Below the pieces are notes generated by a model. The model did no database searches and was not told where the DNA came from. It saw nothing but the letters and a program-made list of their open reading frames with translations. The position numbers and the translations under genes were made by a program. Below are positions 39,721 to 48,737 of a DNA stretch of 64,000 nt, one piece after another. The stretch is taken from positions 725 through 64,724 of the forward strand of contig CALUFR010000027.1 in assembly GCA_944319875.1 (NCBI GenBank). Reading direction: 5' to 3'. Source of the stretch: an uncultured Bacteroides sp. (lineage in GTDB: Bacteria; Bacteroidota; Bacteroidia; Bacteroidales; Bacteroidaceae). Positions within the stretch are counted from its first letter, which is position 1. Each line of letters starts with the position of its first letter.

Positions 39721-41645
39721 CATTTCTCAATTCCAAAATCGGCCTTATCTCTTTCTTTATTTCTTTTTTCGGAAATGATTAATCAATTAAGTATCAACTA
39801 TTTATTTTGTCAATTCCCTTTCTCGGTTCCAAATTCACTTTTTACACCCTGTTTTATTCCTGATTTTGGAACTGAGAATTATTTCCTTTTTAACTTATAT
39901 TTCACCCATCTGTTTTCTCCCACAGACTCTACAATGCCATCAGCAAGCATTGACTTCATTTGTGCTAGAATTTTCTTATAAGGGATTTCGCTTCCTATCC
40001 TTTGCTGGATGTCCTTCAATCCGGTACATTCATAGATCTTTAAATCTTCGATAATCAGTTCTCGCAATCTATAAGGTTCTATTCGTTTCAATGAGGTCGT
40101 TCCCTTATAATCACTCTGTTTTAAGATGGATGCATTCACACGATATTCCTTCCCTTTCTTTCTCCCTGAGGTTTCCACGATACTTTCATCTATTAACTTA
40201 TCAAGCCATGGAGAAAGTTCATCACGGTTTTTCAGATTCAGTAATTTAATCAGTCCGGTAGCTGAAATACTTTCATGCTGGGCTATTAGTCCCAAACAAA
40301 TAATTTGTTTTTGGCGTAGTTCTGCCACCTGCAAAGCAAAACGAATTACCTTTATAGCTTCTTGGCTGATGATACGTCTTTCTACTATAGCCTTCACATA
40401 ATCATCTCCTTCTTCCACTTTAGGGATTTGTTTCCCGTTGGATAGAAGCACTTCATACATCTTGTCATAACCGGAACCTTCACGCTCCATCATTTGCAGG
40501 GCATAACATAGATTGGCAAAGTGTTCATTTCTCTTCACTGTTTTGTGAAGAATATTTTGTGGGGTAACTCCCAATGGCAACGATCCGGGATTGACCACTT
40601 CAATCCTATCCGGATGAATATTGATAAAAATATCCCCCCTTACTGTATATGGACGGTGTACCAAAGCATTACAAGTCAATTCTCTGACTACAGCTTCATC
40701 ATACGCAGGAATCTCCTTACGAAATAGTCCGTCGCTGATTTCATTGCTTTCTCTCCAAACTGGTACATTATTCCATATCGCCTCAATGATTTCCTGAGGA
40801 TTCTTGGTAAAATCATCAATCAGATATTTCCAGACCTTATCTCCATACTGATCAAACTGGATACATTGTACTACGGGAGCATTCATCAGTCTGCCACGTT
40901 GTGACTGGGTTCCAATAAAGAGCACCCCTAAATTGGTCATTCTATCCGACTCTTCTACCGTTAAAAAATAATAGTCTAGCAGTTCCTTATCTTCTTTCTG
41001 CTTGACGAAATCTGATACACGTTCCGAAGTCCGCAGATGCTGAAGTAAAGTTTTCAGTTTCTCCTTGTCGGCATCCTTCCAACTCCATTTGCTTTCTTCA
41101 TCCTCCCAACGGTAATACCCTTTTTCAGCTGAAAGACGGGCTATATCATCACCTGTAAGCGGCATACTTTTGTCACTTACCCGTATGAAATATTTACCGG
41201 ATGTGGTAGAAGCGGAAGAAGTACCACGGAGTATGTGTAGACGGATATACTGTCCGCCGTTTTCATGTGTCTTGATTTCCGCGTGAACAGATACGTTCAG
41301 TGTCTTTTCACTGATTTTATTCTCCAGATTGATGACCATCTCTTCTGATACCTTTTGACCTGCCAGTGGTGCGTCCGCATCATCTTCTATGCCATAGTCT
41401 ATTACACCACCCTGTGCGTTACTGAAAGCTACACAATCTTTTGCCACTTCATTCCAGTCCGCATTTTTCCCAGTTATCTCACGAACAGACTTTTTATCAT
41501 ATAGTGAATTTTCCTTCATACCTTTCCTCTCTGAACCTATTCATAATAAAATCTCATACTACAATGCAGCTATACTTTGGGGAACCGATAAGTCCTCCAC
41601 CCTCCGCCTGCTGAACTCGCACCCGCAATACTGCTGGTTGTAGAA
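39665..41645. mobile_element. 1.9-kb AT-rich island integrated in the queH 3' end, flanked by 51-bp direct repeats; no integrase
   Basis: Direct repeats 1930 bp apart; abrupt drop in GC; single cargo gene. Confidence 0.75.
39879..41519 (-). CDS. AlbA_2/Schlafen-domain + HATPase-like (RecG C-terminal type) + winged-HTH protein
   Basis: N-terminal E...DKKS...KDCVAFSNAQGGVIDYGIEDD; central VRELTCNALVHR, VVNPG, MEREGSGYDKM; C-terminal HTH-like segments. Confidence 0.8.
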   Translation of the reverse strand: MKENSLYDKKSVREITGKNADWNEVAKDCVAFSNAQGGVIDYGIEDDADAPLAGQKVSEEMVINLENKISEKTLNVSVHAEIKTHENGGQYIRLHILRGTSSASTTSGKYFIRVSDKSMPLTGDDIARLSAEKGYYRWEDEESKWSWKDADKEKLKTLLQHLRTSERVSDFVKQKEDKELLDYYFLTVEESDRMTNLGVLFIGTQSQRGRLMNAPVVQCIQFDQYGDKVWKYLIDDFTKNPQEIIEAIWNNVPVWRESNEISDGLFRKEIPAYDEAVVRELTCNALVHRPYTVRGDIFINIHPDRIEVVNPGSLPLGVTPQNILHKTVKRNEHFANLCYALQMMEREGSGYDKMYEVLLSNGKQIPKVEEGDDYVKAIVERRIISQEAIKVIRFALQVAELRQKQIICLGLIAQHESISATGLIKLLNLKNRDELSPWLDKLIDESIVETSGRKKGKEYRVNASILKQSDYKGTTSLKRIEPYRLRELIIEDLKIYECTGLKDIQQRIGSEIPYKKILAQMKSMLADGIVESVGENRWVKYKLKRK

Positions 41646-42164
41646 GCCATATTCTTTCAGCAACTGATTGCGCCGGTCTTGCAAACCGCCTTTGCGCCAG
41701 TTCTGCTCCCAAAACATCGTGCCGGAATAGCGCGAAGCCGCCAGGCGTCCCGCCTCATTAATCTGCTCCAGGCTCTTCCAACGCGAGGAAGCCAAGGTGG
41801 TGGTGAACAAGGTGAAACCGTGCTCGGAGGCATAGCGTGCCGTCTCCGTCAGGCGCAAGGTAAAGCATTGCAGGCATCGCGCGCCTCGTTCCGGCTCCCC
41901 TTCCAGTCCCGTTATGCAGGATTTCCATCGGTCGTAATCATAATCAGCGTCCACGAAGTCCAGACCTTGGGCGGTGACAAAGCGGACGGCCTCCTGCTTC
42001 CTTATCTCATATTCCTCACGGGGATAGATATTCGGGTTGAAGTAGAACACGGTAGGACGCAGGCCATTGGCCAGCATGCATTCGATGATGGCACTGGAGC
42101 ATGGGGCGCAGCACGAGTGGAGTAACACACGGTCGGCACCGTTGGGAGGGGTGAGTTTCAGCAT
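41559..42164 (-). CDS. queH: Epoxyqueuosine reductase QueH (DUF208)
   Basis: LLHSCCAPCS, NPNIYP, RCLQCF, QQYCGC motifs. Confidence 0.93.
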   Translation of the reverse strand: MLKLTPPNGADRVLLHSCCAPCSSAIIECMLANGLRPTVFYFNPNIYPREEYEIRKQEAVRFVTAQGLDFVDADYDYDRWKSCITGLEGEPERGARCLQCFTLRLTETARYASEHGFTLFTTTLASSRWKSLEQINEAGRLAASRYSGTMFWEQNWRKGGLQDRRNQLLKEYGFYNQQYCGCEFSRRRVEDLSVPQSIAAL

Positions 42165-42281
42165 AATCGGTTACGAAATTTAGTTCCGGCACAAAGATAC
42201 GACTATTTCGCCAAAGTCGAAATACTTACCCGTCCCGCTTGGCAGTCTCACTCGAAAGCGTTATCTTTGGGATTCGAAAGG

Positions 42282-42344
42282 GAATCATTGCCGATGATTG
42301 TATCAATCATTGCCAATGATTATAGGGATCATCGGCAATGATTC
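42282..42344. repeat. Three 22-bp-period palindromic units in the leader of the HU-like gene
   Basis: aatcattgccgatgatt / aatcattgccaatgatt / gatcatcggcaatgatt, downstream of TATCTTTG (42262-42269). Confidence 0.85.
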
Positions 42345-42394
42345 TATCCCGAGTGTCTTACTCGAATGGGTTATATCTAAATGTTGATAATGCT

Positions 42395-42781
42395 ATGTTC
42401 TACAAGAAGCAGAAACTAAATGGGAAGTGGTTCCCGCGGTCGTTTACGGCCGGGACGTACACCACGAAAGACGTGGCCGAGCGCCTGGCGCTCATGTCCA
42501 CCGTGAGCCTGAGCGATATGTATGCCGTGCTCCTGGGGCTGGGCGAAGTGATGGGCGACATGATGAAGAACGGCAATTCGGTGAAGCTCGAGGGGCTGGG
42601 GACGTTCTACCTCGTGGGCCAGGCGAAGGGCCGGGGCGTGGACACGCCGGAGGAAGTGAGCGGCGAGCAGTTCACCAAGCTGAGTGTGGGCTTCATCCCC
42701 GAATACAGCCGGGCTCAGAACGGGCGGGTGACGCGGCGCACCATCGTGCCGCAGGACGTGGAGTGGATTGAGATGGGGTAG
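42395..42781 (+). CDS. Bacteroidetes HU-family DNA-binding protein
   Basis: NGKWFP, STVSLSD, GNSVKLEGLGTF, GVDTPEEV, FIPE motifs. Confidence 0.85.
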   Translation: MFYKKQKLNGKWFPRSFTAGTYTTKDVAERLALMSTVSLSDMYAVLLGLGEVMGDMMKNGNSVKLEGLGTFYLVGQAKGRGVDTPEEVSGEQFTKLSVGFIPEYSRAQNGRVTRRTIVPQDVEWIEMG

Positions 42782-42787
42782 AAAGTG

Positions 42788-42872
42788 AATGAAGAACTAA
42801 TCAATGAAGAATGAAGAATTCTCAGGGATGTCCGAGGGAAATTCTTCATTCTTCATTGATTAGTTCTTCATT
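42788..42872. repeat. Perfect 33-bp inverted repeat built from AATGAAG heptamers (REP/MITE-like)
   Basis: 42788-42820 is the exact reverse complement of 42840-42872; 19-nt spacer. Confidence 0.9.
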
Positions 42873-43938
42873 TCTCCAGTTCTCCGGTCACCCACTGCGT
42901 CCATTCGTCGATGTTGTCGGTCAGGGTCTCGGGCAGGGGGAGCGGGATGCGTGTGTCCGGGGCGATGCCCGTCTGATCTACTCCGTGGTCGGGCAAGCGG
43001 TAGGAGCGACTCATGGGGATGGTGAGACCGACGGTCGTGTGGGGCAAGGCTACCTCGCGGTTGTTCGAGAGGTCCAGGCAGCCTTTCGTGTTGTCGCGTC
43101 CGTAGATGGCGGTGCGGTCGCTGCATGCGCGGAGGTCCAGCACCATCTGCTCGCCTGAACTGGCCACGCTGGCGTCAATGAGGAGGGCGGCCCGGCGAGG
43201 CAGGGGCGAGATGCTGTCGTAAGCTATCTCCATGTAGCGCGTGGTCAGGGGGACGAACTCGTCCTTGGAGGTCTTCATCTTCCTCACTATCTCTTGCACG
43301 AAGTCGATGTCGATGTCCTCCATCTCGGCTATGTGGGCGGGTGTATTGCGCACTTCGGCTCCATCCAGATATCCTCTGCGGTCATACAGCAGCTGACGGT
43401 AAGGCTCATACATCAGGTCCGACCCTCCTCTGTTTCCCCGGATGTCGATAATCAGGTTCTCGCATCCCGACGCCAGGTAGGCCTCGACGGACTTCTTCAC
43501 CCATTCTATCGTGGGGTCTCCCATGCACGAGGGGAAGCGTATCAGGAAGGTGTGGTCGGTAATCCTCCGGTAGGTGGCCTTCGGGTCGTAGACTTTCATG
43601 CTTTCGTAAGTGGGCACTTTCCGCATGTAGGGCGTGGTGGATATTCCTACCCGCAGGTGGAAGTCGCCGAACCAGGCATAAAGTTCGCCGATGGCGTCCA
43701 ATCCGTCTCTTCCTTCTTCGGCCACTTGCCTGCGGAGGCTGGACTTCAGTTGCTCGAAGGCGTTCTTCTGCTTCGGGTCTTCCGCTATGGCGGGATAGCC
43801 GGCATAGTTGGTCTCCAGTTCCTTCACGGCGAAGTCGAAGTCGGCAAGGTATTGTTCGGTAGTGAACGTCACTTGTGCCATGGCGGGGAGGCATAGGGCG
43901 AGGAGCAGGAGGCACAGCAGGGGAGTTATCTTCTTCAT
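42868..43938 (-). CDS. S41 family peptidase (exported)
   Basis: Signal peptide, IIDIRGNRGG, ASSGE, GIAPD motifs. Confidence 0.85.
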   Translation of the reverse strand: MKKITPLLCLLLLALCLPAMAQVTFTTEQYLADFDFAVKELETNYAGYPAIAEDPKQKNAFEQLKSSLRRQVAEEGRDGLDAIGELYAWFGDFHLRVGISTTPYMRKVPTYESMKVYDPKATYRRITDHTFLIRFPSCMGDPTIEWVKKSVEAYLASGCENLIIDIRGNRGGSDLMYEPYRQLLYDRRGYLDGAEVRNTPAHIAEMEDIDIDFVQEIVRKMKTSKDEFVPLTTRYMEIAYDSISPLPRRAALLIDASVASSGEQMVLDLRACSDRTAIYGRDNTKGCLDLSNNREVALPHTTVGLTIPMSRSYRLPDHGVDQTGIAPDTRIPLPLPETLTDNIDEWTQWVTGELEK

Positions 43939-43949
43939 ATTCTGTAAAG

Positions 43950-43999
43950 TTAAAAAGAGTGTGTACGAGCCGGATGGCTCCGGTCTGATACACACTCTT
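43950..43999 (-). terminator. Terminator after uxuA
   Basis: aagagtgtgta...tacacactctt stem with U-tract on the - strand. Confidence 0.7.
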
Positions 44000-44031
44000 G
44001 TGTTAATAGATTTATAAATGAATGGGGCGGA

Positions 44032-45204
44032 TTACTCGTACAGCGTCTTCGCAATACCCATTTCGAGTCCACGAAGTTCAGCAAGTCCGCGCAGGCGGCC
44101 GATGCAGGAGTAACCGGGGTTGGTTTTCTTGCGGAGGTCGTCTACCATCTGGTGACCGTGGTCAGGACGCATAGCGATAGACACGCCGCGACGTTGCTGC
44201 ATCTCAAGGAAGGCTTTCATCACGTGGTACATATCTACGTCACCCTCCAAGTGGTTGGCCTCGTAGAAGTTGCCTTCGGCGTCACGCTTGGTGCTGCGCA
44301 GGTGGACGAAGTTGATGCGGTCGGCAAAGCGTTCCATCAGGGCGGCACAATCGTTGGCACTGCTTACACCAAGTGAGCCGGTGCAGAGGCAGAGGCCGTT
44401 GCTCTCGTTGGGCACGGCGTCTATCAGTGCCTGGAAGTCCTCACCATTGCTCATGATGCGCGGCAGGCCGAGGATGGACATGGGCGGATCGTCGGGATGG
44501 ATGACGAGCTTGACGCCTACTTCGTCCGCCACGGGACAGATTTCGCTCAAGAAGTAGATGAGGTTCTGGCGGAGACGTTCGGGTGTGATGTCCTTGTAGC
44601 GGTCCAGTTCGTGTTGGAATTGCTCCAATGTGAAGCTCTCTTCCGAACCAGGCAGGCCGGCTATCATGTTGCGGATGAGGCGTTGCTTATCCTCGTCGGT
44701 CATCTGCTCGAAGCGAGCTTTTGCCTTAGCCTTCTCTTCGTCAGTGTATTCAGCCTCAGCACCGGGACGCTTCAGCAGGAAGAGGTCGAAAGCGATAAAG
44801 GCGGCACGCTCGAAGCGCAGAGCACGGCTTCCGTCAGGCAATTCGTAGGCCAGGTCAGTACGCGTCCAGTCGAGCACGGGCATAAAGTTGTAGGTGACAA
44901 TCATCACGCCGCACTTGGCCAGGTTGCGGATGCTTTCCTTATAGTTGTCGATATACTTCTGATAGTCGCCCGTCTGGGTCTTGATGTGCTCGTGTACGGG
45001 TACGCTTTCCACGACTGACCACTTCAGCCCTACGGCTTCTATCATTTCCTTGCGTTTCATTATCTCTTCCACGGTCCACACCTCGCCGTTGGGGATGTGG
45101 TGCAGGGCGTTGACGATGCCGGTGGCTCCGGCTTGCTTGATGTCCCACAGGCTGACGGGATCGTTCGGCCCGTACCAGCGCCAAGTTTGTTCACAGAGTA
45201 TCAT
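44032..45204 (-). CDS. uxuA: Mannonate dehydratase
   Basis: [35 protein letters not shown] motifs. Confidence 0.96.
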   Translation of the reverse strand: MILCEQTWRWYGPNDPVSLWDIKQAGATGIVNALHHIPNGEVWTVEEIMKRKEMIEAVGLKWSVVESVPVHEHIKTQTGDYQKYIDNYKESIRNLAKCGVMIVTYNFMPVLDWTRTDLAYELPDGSRALRFERAAFIAFDLFLLKRPGAEAEYTDEEKAKAKARFEQMTDEDKQRLIRNMIAGLPGSEESFTLEQFQHELDRYKDITPERLRQNLIYFLSEICPVADEVGVKLVIHPDDPPMSILGLPRIMSNGEDFQALIDAVPNESNGLCLCTGSLGVSSANDCAALMERFADRINFVHLRSTKRDAEGNFYEANHLEGDVDMYHVMKAFLEMQQRRGVSIAMRPDHGHQMVDDLRKKTNPGYSCIGRLRGLAELRGLEMGIAKTLYE

Positions 45205-45216
45205 AATAAGATAATA

Positions 45217-45299
45217 AATTAAGAATGAGGAATTAAGAATGAAGAATTCTCAAGGATGTTCGTGAGAAATTCTTCATTCTTCATGATTAGTTCTTCATT
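45217..45299. repeat. Second AATGAAG-heptamer inverted-repeat element, between uxuB and uxuA
   Basis: Similar arms; spacer ctcaaggatgttcgtgaga is 15/19 identical to the spacer at 42821-42839. Confidence 0.85.
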
Positions 45300-45303
45300 A
45301 ATT

Positions 45304-46113
45304 TTAGATGGAGAATACGTCAAATCCACCGTCTACTACCGAGAGGGCACCCGTCACGAAGCTCGAAGCGTCGCTGATGAGGTAATGGATGGTGCCGAAG
45401 AGCTCTTCCGGCTCGGCAAAACGTCCGGCAGGCGTGTGGGCGATGATGGCCTTGGCACGGTCGGTGTACGAGCCGTCGGGGTTGGTCAGCAACGAGCGGT
45501 TTTGGTTAGTCAGCAGGAAGCCCGGCACGATGGCGTTGACACGCAATTCGGGGCTGAACTTCGTGGCGAGTTCCGTAGCCATATAGCGCGTGTAGCTGGC
45601 GATGGCCGACTTGGCGGCACCGTAACCTACGACACGGGTCAGCGGGCGCAGAGCGGATTCCGAACAGAAGTTAACGATAGCGCCTTTCTTGTTCTCTGCC
45701 ATAACGGGCACGAAGACCGTGGTAGGCAGGATGGTACCGAAGAGGTTGAGGTCAACCACCTTGCGGAAGGCGTCGATGTCCAGGTCGAGGAAAGTCTTGT
45801 CCGGCGCGATGGTAGCTCCCGCCATGTTTCCTCCGGCGGCGTTCAGCAGGATGTCGATGGTACCGAAACGCTCCACAATGGCCTTCTTGTTCTCTTCCAG
45901 CACGTCCTTGTTCAGCACGTCCGTCGTGAGGAACAGGGCTTCCGTCTTTTGGCTCAATTCAGCCTCCAGTTGCTTGCCGATTTCTTCCGCGCGGTCCAAA
46001 ACTACGATTTTTGCTCCTTGTTCAGCCAGATAGTTGGCGATGTTCTTACCCAAAATGCCGCAACCGCCGGTGATGACGATTACTTTGTCTTTAATGTCAA
46101 ATAAGTTTTTCAT
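45304..46113 (-). CDS. uxuB: SDR-family D-mannonate oxidoreductase
   Basis: TGGCGILG, NAAGGN, YGAAK, PGFLLTNQNR motifs; directly upstream of uxuA. Confidence 0.8.
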   Translation of the reverse strand: MKNLFDIKDKVIVITGGCGILGKNIANYLAEQGAKIVVLDRAEEIGKQLEAELSQKTEALFLTTDVLNKDVLEENKKAIVERFGTIDILLNAAGGNMAGATIAPDKTFLDLDIDAFRKVVDLNLFGTILPTTVFVPVMAENKKGAIVNFCSESALRPLTRVVGYGAAKSAIASYTRYMATELATKFSPELRVNAIVPGFLLTNQNRSLLTNPDGSYTDRAKAIIAHTPAGRFAEPEELFGTIHYLISDASSFVTGALSVVDGGFDVFSI

Positions 46114-46239
46114 AACTTTATACGTATTGATTGAAATGTTCGTGATGCAAAAATAAGCAGAAAAGAAATATCGTTATAAGCTGTTTTTTGCAGGAAATAG
46201 TCGTATATTTGCAATATTGTTGTTCCTAATCGGATATAT

Positions 46240-47139
46240 ATGATGAAAAAGATTGTAAACGAACAGCTGCCTATTTCAAATAACAACCCGGTGCGTTCCC
46301 GATTTTACAGTTATAAAAACTTTACATATCCGTGGCATTTCCACGGAGAGTATGAGCTGATGTACGTCGACAAGGGGCGGGGACAGTGTCTGATAGGTGA
46401 CAGCATCGTGGAGTTTTCGGACCATTGCCTGCTTTTTTTCGGTTCGGAGCTTCCGCACTGTATGCAGAATTCTGTAGAGTCTTCGGATACAGCGGATGCC
46501 GAGGGTGTAAGCGGAGTGATTGTTCAGTTCGAGAAAGACTTCATGCACTATTCTTTCTCCAATTATGTCCAGTTTATACCCATTCACAACCTGCTGAGCC
46601 AGGCAAGCCGCGGCGTCGTTTTCCGGCTGGACGATAACCCTGCCGTATGCGCGATGATGCGCGAGCTGCCTGTGTGCGAGGGATTCGGGCAGATATTGTC
46701 ATTGCTCAGGCTGTTGCATGTCCTGTCACTCCTTCCGCAGAAGGAGCTGGTGGCTTCGCCCAACTACAATCCGTTGTCGGCCGGTTTCAGAGACAAGAAG
46801 ATAGAGAAAGTCATCGCTTTCCTGAACAAGCGCTATACGCAGCGTGTCAGCCTGAACGAGATCGCTTCTTATACGGCCATGAATCCGGCTTCTTTCTGCC
46901 GTTATTTCAAGGAGAATACGGGCAAGACACTGAAGGAGTATATCCTGGACATGCGCATCGGCTATGCCTGTAAACTCCTGGCCGTCGATCGGTTGAACAT
47001 TTCGCAGATCAGCCTGGAGTGCGGTTTTGAGACCATCACGCACTTCAACCGGAGCTTCAAGCGGATTACGGGTATCACGCCGACGGAATACAAGCGGAAG
47101 ATGCTGTATACAGGTGAGGAGAGACAGGTGTCAGATTAG
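46240..47139 (+). CDS. AraC family transcriptional regulator (cupin + HTH), divergent from uxuB-uxuA
   Basis: WHFHGEYEL cupin motif; FCRYFK...ECGFETITHFNRSFK HTH. Confidence 0.92.
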   Translation: MMKKIVNEQLPISNNNPVRSRFYSYKNFTYPWHFHGEYELMYVDKGRGQCLIGDSIVEFSDHCLLFFGSELPHCMQNSVESSDTADAEGVSGVIVQFEKDFMHYSFSNYVQFIPIHNLLSQASRGVVFRLDDNPAVCAMMRELPVCEGFGQILSLLRLLHVLSLLPQKELVASPNYNPLSAGFRDKKIEKVIAFLNKRYTQRVSLNEIASYTAMNPASFCRYFKENTGKTLKEYILDMRIGYACKLLAVDRLNISQISLECGFETITHFNRSFKRITGITPTEYKRKMLYTGEERQVSD

Positions 47140-47783
47140 GCGGATCGGTAGCCGGCCTGCAACACCAGCAGGCTTTCGGGCCCCATGTTGAATAGCAGAT
47201 CCACGATGCTCAGATTGGGAAGAAAGCCCAGCCGATCCTGAAACACTTGATAATAGGGTTGCGGATAAAAATCGGGATCCTCCGTGCGAAAGTCTTTCTT
47301 GGGGTGAATACGGTCGCGGAAGTCGTCCTCGCCGGGAGCGAAGGTTGTTTGGTAGGTGGTAGTGCGTTCCATCTGCGGTTCTATCCCGATGAGCGAACAG
47401 ACGAGTCGGCACAAAGCGTCGTTGAAATCGGCCAAAAATTCGTATTTCTGTTCGTAGAAAGGGCGGAAATCATCCTTATAGTATTCAAAGAAAGGGGTGT
47501 GGTTGTAGGCCGACTCCAAGGCGTTCCAGTGCAGATGGCGCCAGTTGCCGTGATCGGAGATACGGATGTCCTTCATGGGGCATTTCAGTGTTTCGGGTTT
47601 GATGATGGGCACTGAGAGTGCCAGGGGGCCGTCGGGGGCGGCGATGGTACATCGGTTGCGGTAGGTCTGCTTCATGTAATGGTCGCAGTTTTCCACATAG
47701 ACGTGTTCATAGGCCCATAGTTTGGTGTAATATTCTATCGGAGCCAGATAGGCCGAAGAGAGGTATATCGTTTCTTTTTCCAT
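47136..47783 (-). CDS. WbqC family protein
   Basis: KQTYRNRC, LSVPI, SAYNHTPFFEYY, NLSIVDLLFNMGP motifs. Confidence 0.9.
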   Translation of the reverse strand: MEKETIYLSSAYLAPIEYYTKLWAYEHVYVENCDHYMKQTYRNRCTIAAPDGPLALSVPIIKPETLKCPMKDIRISDHGNWRHLHWNALESAYNHTPFFEYYKDDFRPFYEQKYEFLADFNDALCRLVCSLIGIEPQMERTTTYQTTFAPGEDDFRDRIHPKKDFRTEDPDFYPQPYYQVFQDRLGFLPNLSIVDLLFNMGPESLLVLQAGYRSA

Positions 47784-47796
47784 TGTTTTCTTGTGT

Positions 47797-48717
47797 TTAT
47801 CGCACAGCCTTTCCTATTCTGTCCCATCGCATGCCGCTTTCCTTGTCGCGCGAGAACCAAATAAAGGCAGCCCGTCCGATGAGATGGTCTTCGGGAACAA
47901 AGCCGAAGAGACGCGAGTCTGAGACATTGGCCGAGTTGTTTGAGGCTATCCAGTAGTAGTCTTTTGTGAAGACACATTGCTGAACGGGACGTCCGTCCAC
48001 ATAGAGTGTGTCATGCTGGATGCTGGCATTGCGGTGCTCGTGCAGCACCAGTGTGTTGCACAGCAGCACGCGGTTCCAAGGATAGACGCGCACTGCACGG
48101 CCTTTTTTCGGTATGATGAGGGCGTGTCCCTTCGGGAGGGAGTCGGGGCGTATGGCCGGTTGTATCCAGCAATGACCGTAGAGAGCCTGTTCAAGCAGGT
48201 AGTATTCGTAACGGCTGAAGCTGCGCAGGTAGTGGAGCGAGTCTTCGCCTATCCGTTCGGACCGGGGGATGGAGAGTGTGGCGAGGAGTGTGTCCAGTTG
48301 CTCTTCCCGGTTCTTGGGGTAGATGTAGACGAATTTCTGCTCGGGGGCATACTGCTCATCCGGCAGAGCGGTGAAGAAGGAGTCTACCATCAGCGTATCG
48401 CCCGGAAGGCCTATGCAGCGGCCGATGAAAACTTCGCGCCGGTCGATGTTGGCATGCTGGTTGGAAGGGTTGTTGAAGACAAGGATGTCCTCTTTTCGGA
48501 CTTCACGGGAACCCCAGCGGTGGTACCCCCACAGGTTCATAAATGGCAGGCGCAGGCCATAGCTCCACTTATTCACCAAGATGTGTTCACCTTGGTAGAG
48601 CGAATTTTCCATGCCGGTCGAGGGAATCAGGTAGGAGGTGGCCACACATAAGCGGAGTAGCGCCACGATGAGCGCTACTCCCGCCACGATTCCTATGACT
48701 CTTCCCGCCTTTTTCAT
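47797..48717 (-). CDS. Signal peptidase I paralog lacking the catalytic Ser and Lys
   Basis: S26 boxes present but IPSTGM (Ser->Gly) and FIGRC (Lys->Gly); start placed at MKKAG. Confidence 0.8.
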   Translation of the reverse strand: MKKAGRVIGIVAGVALIVALLRLCVATSYLIPSTGMENSLYQGEHILVNKWSYGLRLPFMNLWGYHRWGSREVRKEDILVFNNPSNQHANIDRREVFIGRCIGLPGDTLMVDSFFTALPDEQYAPEQKFVYIYPKNREEQLDTLLATLSIPRSERIGEDSLHYLRSFSRYEYYLLEQALYGHCWIQPAIRPDSLPKGHALIIPKKGRAVRVYPWNRVLLCNTLVLHEHRNASIQHDTLYVDGRPVQQCVFTKDYYWIASNNSANVSDSRLFGFVPEDHLIGRAAFIWFSRDKESGMRWDRIGKAVR

Positions 48718-48737
48718 GAAGCTTGCCTTCGTATCCT

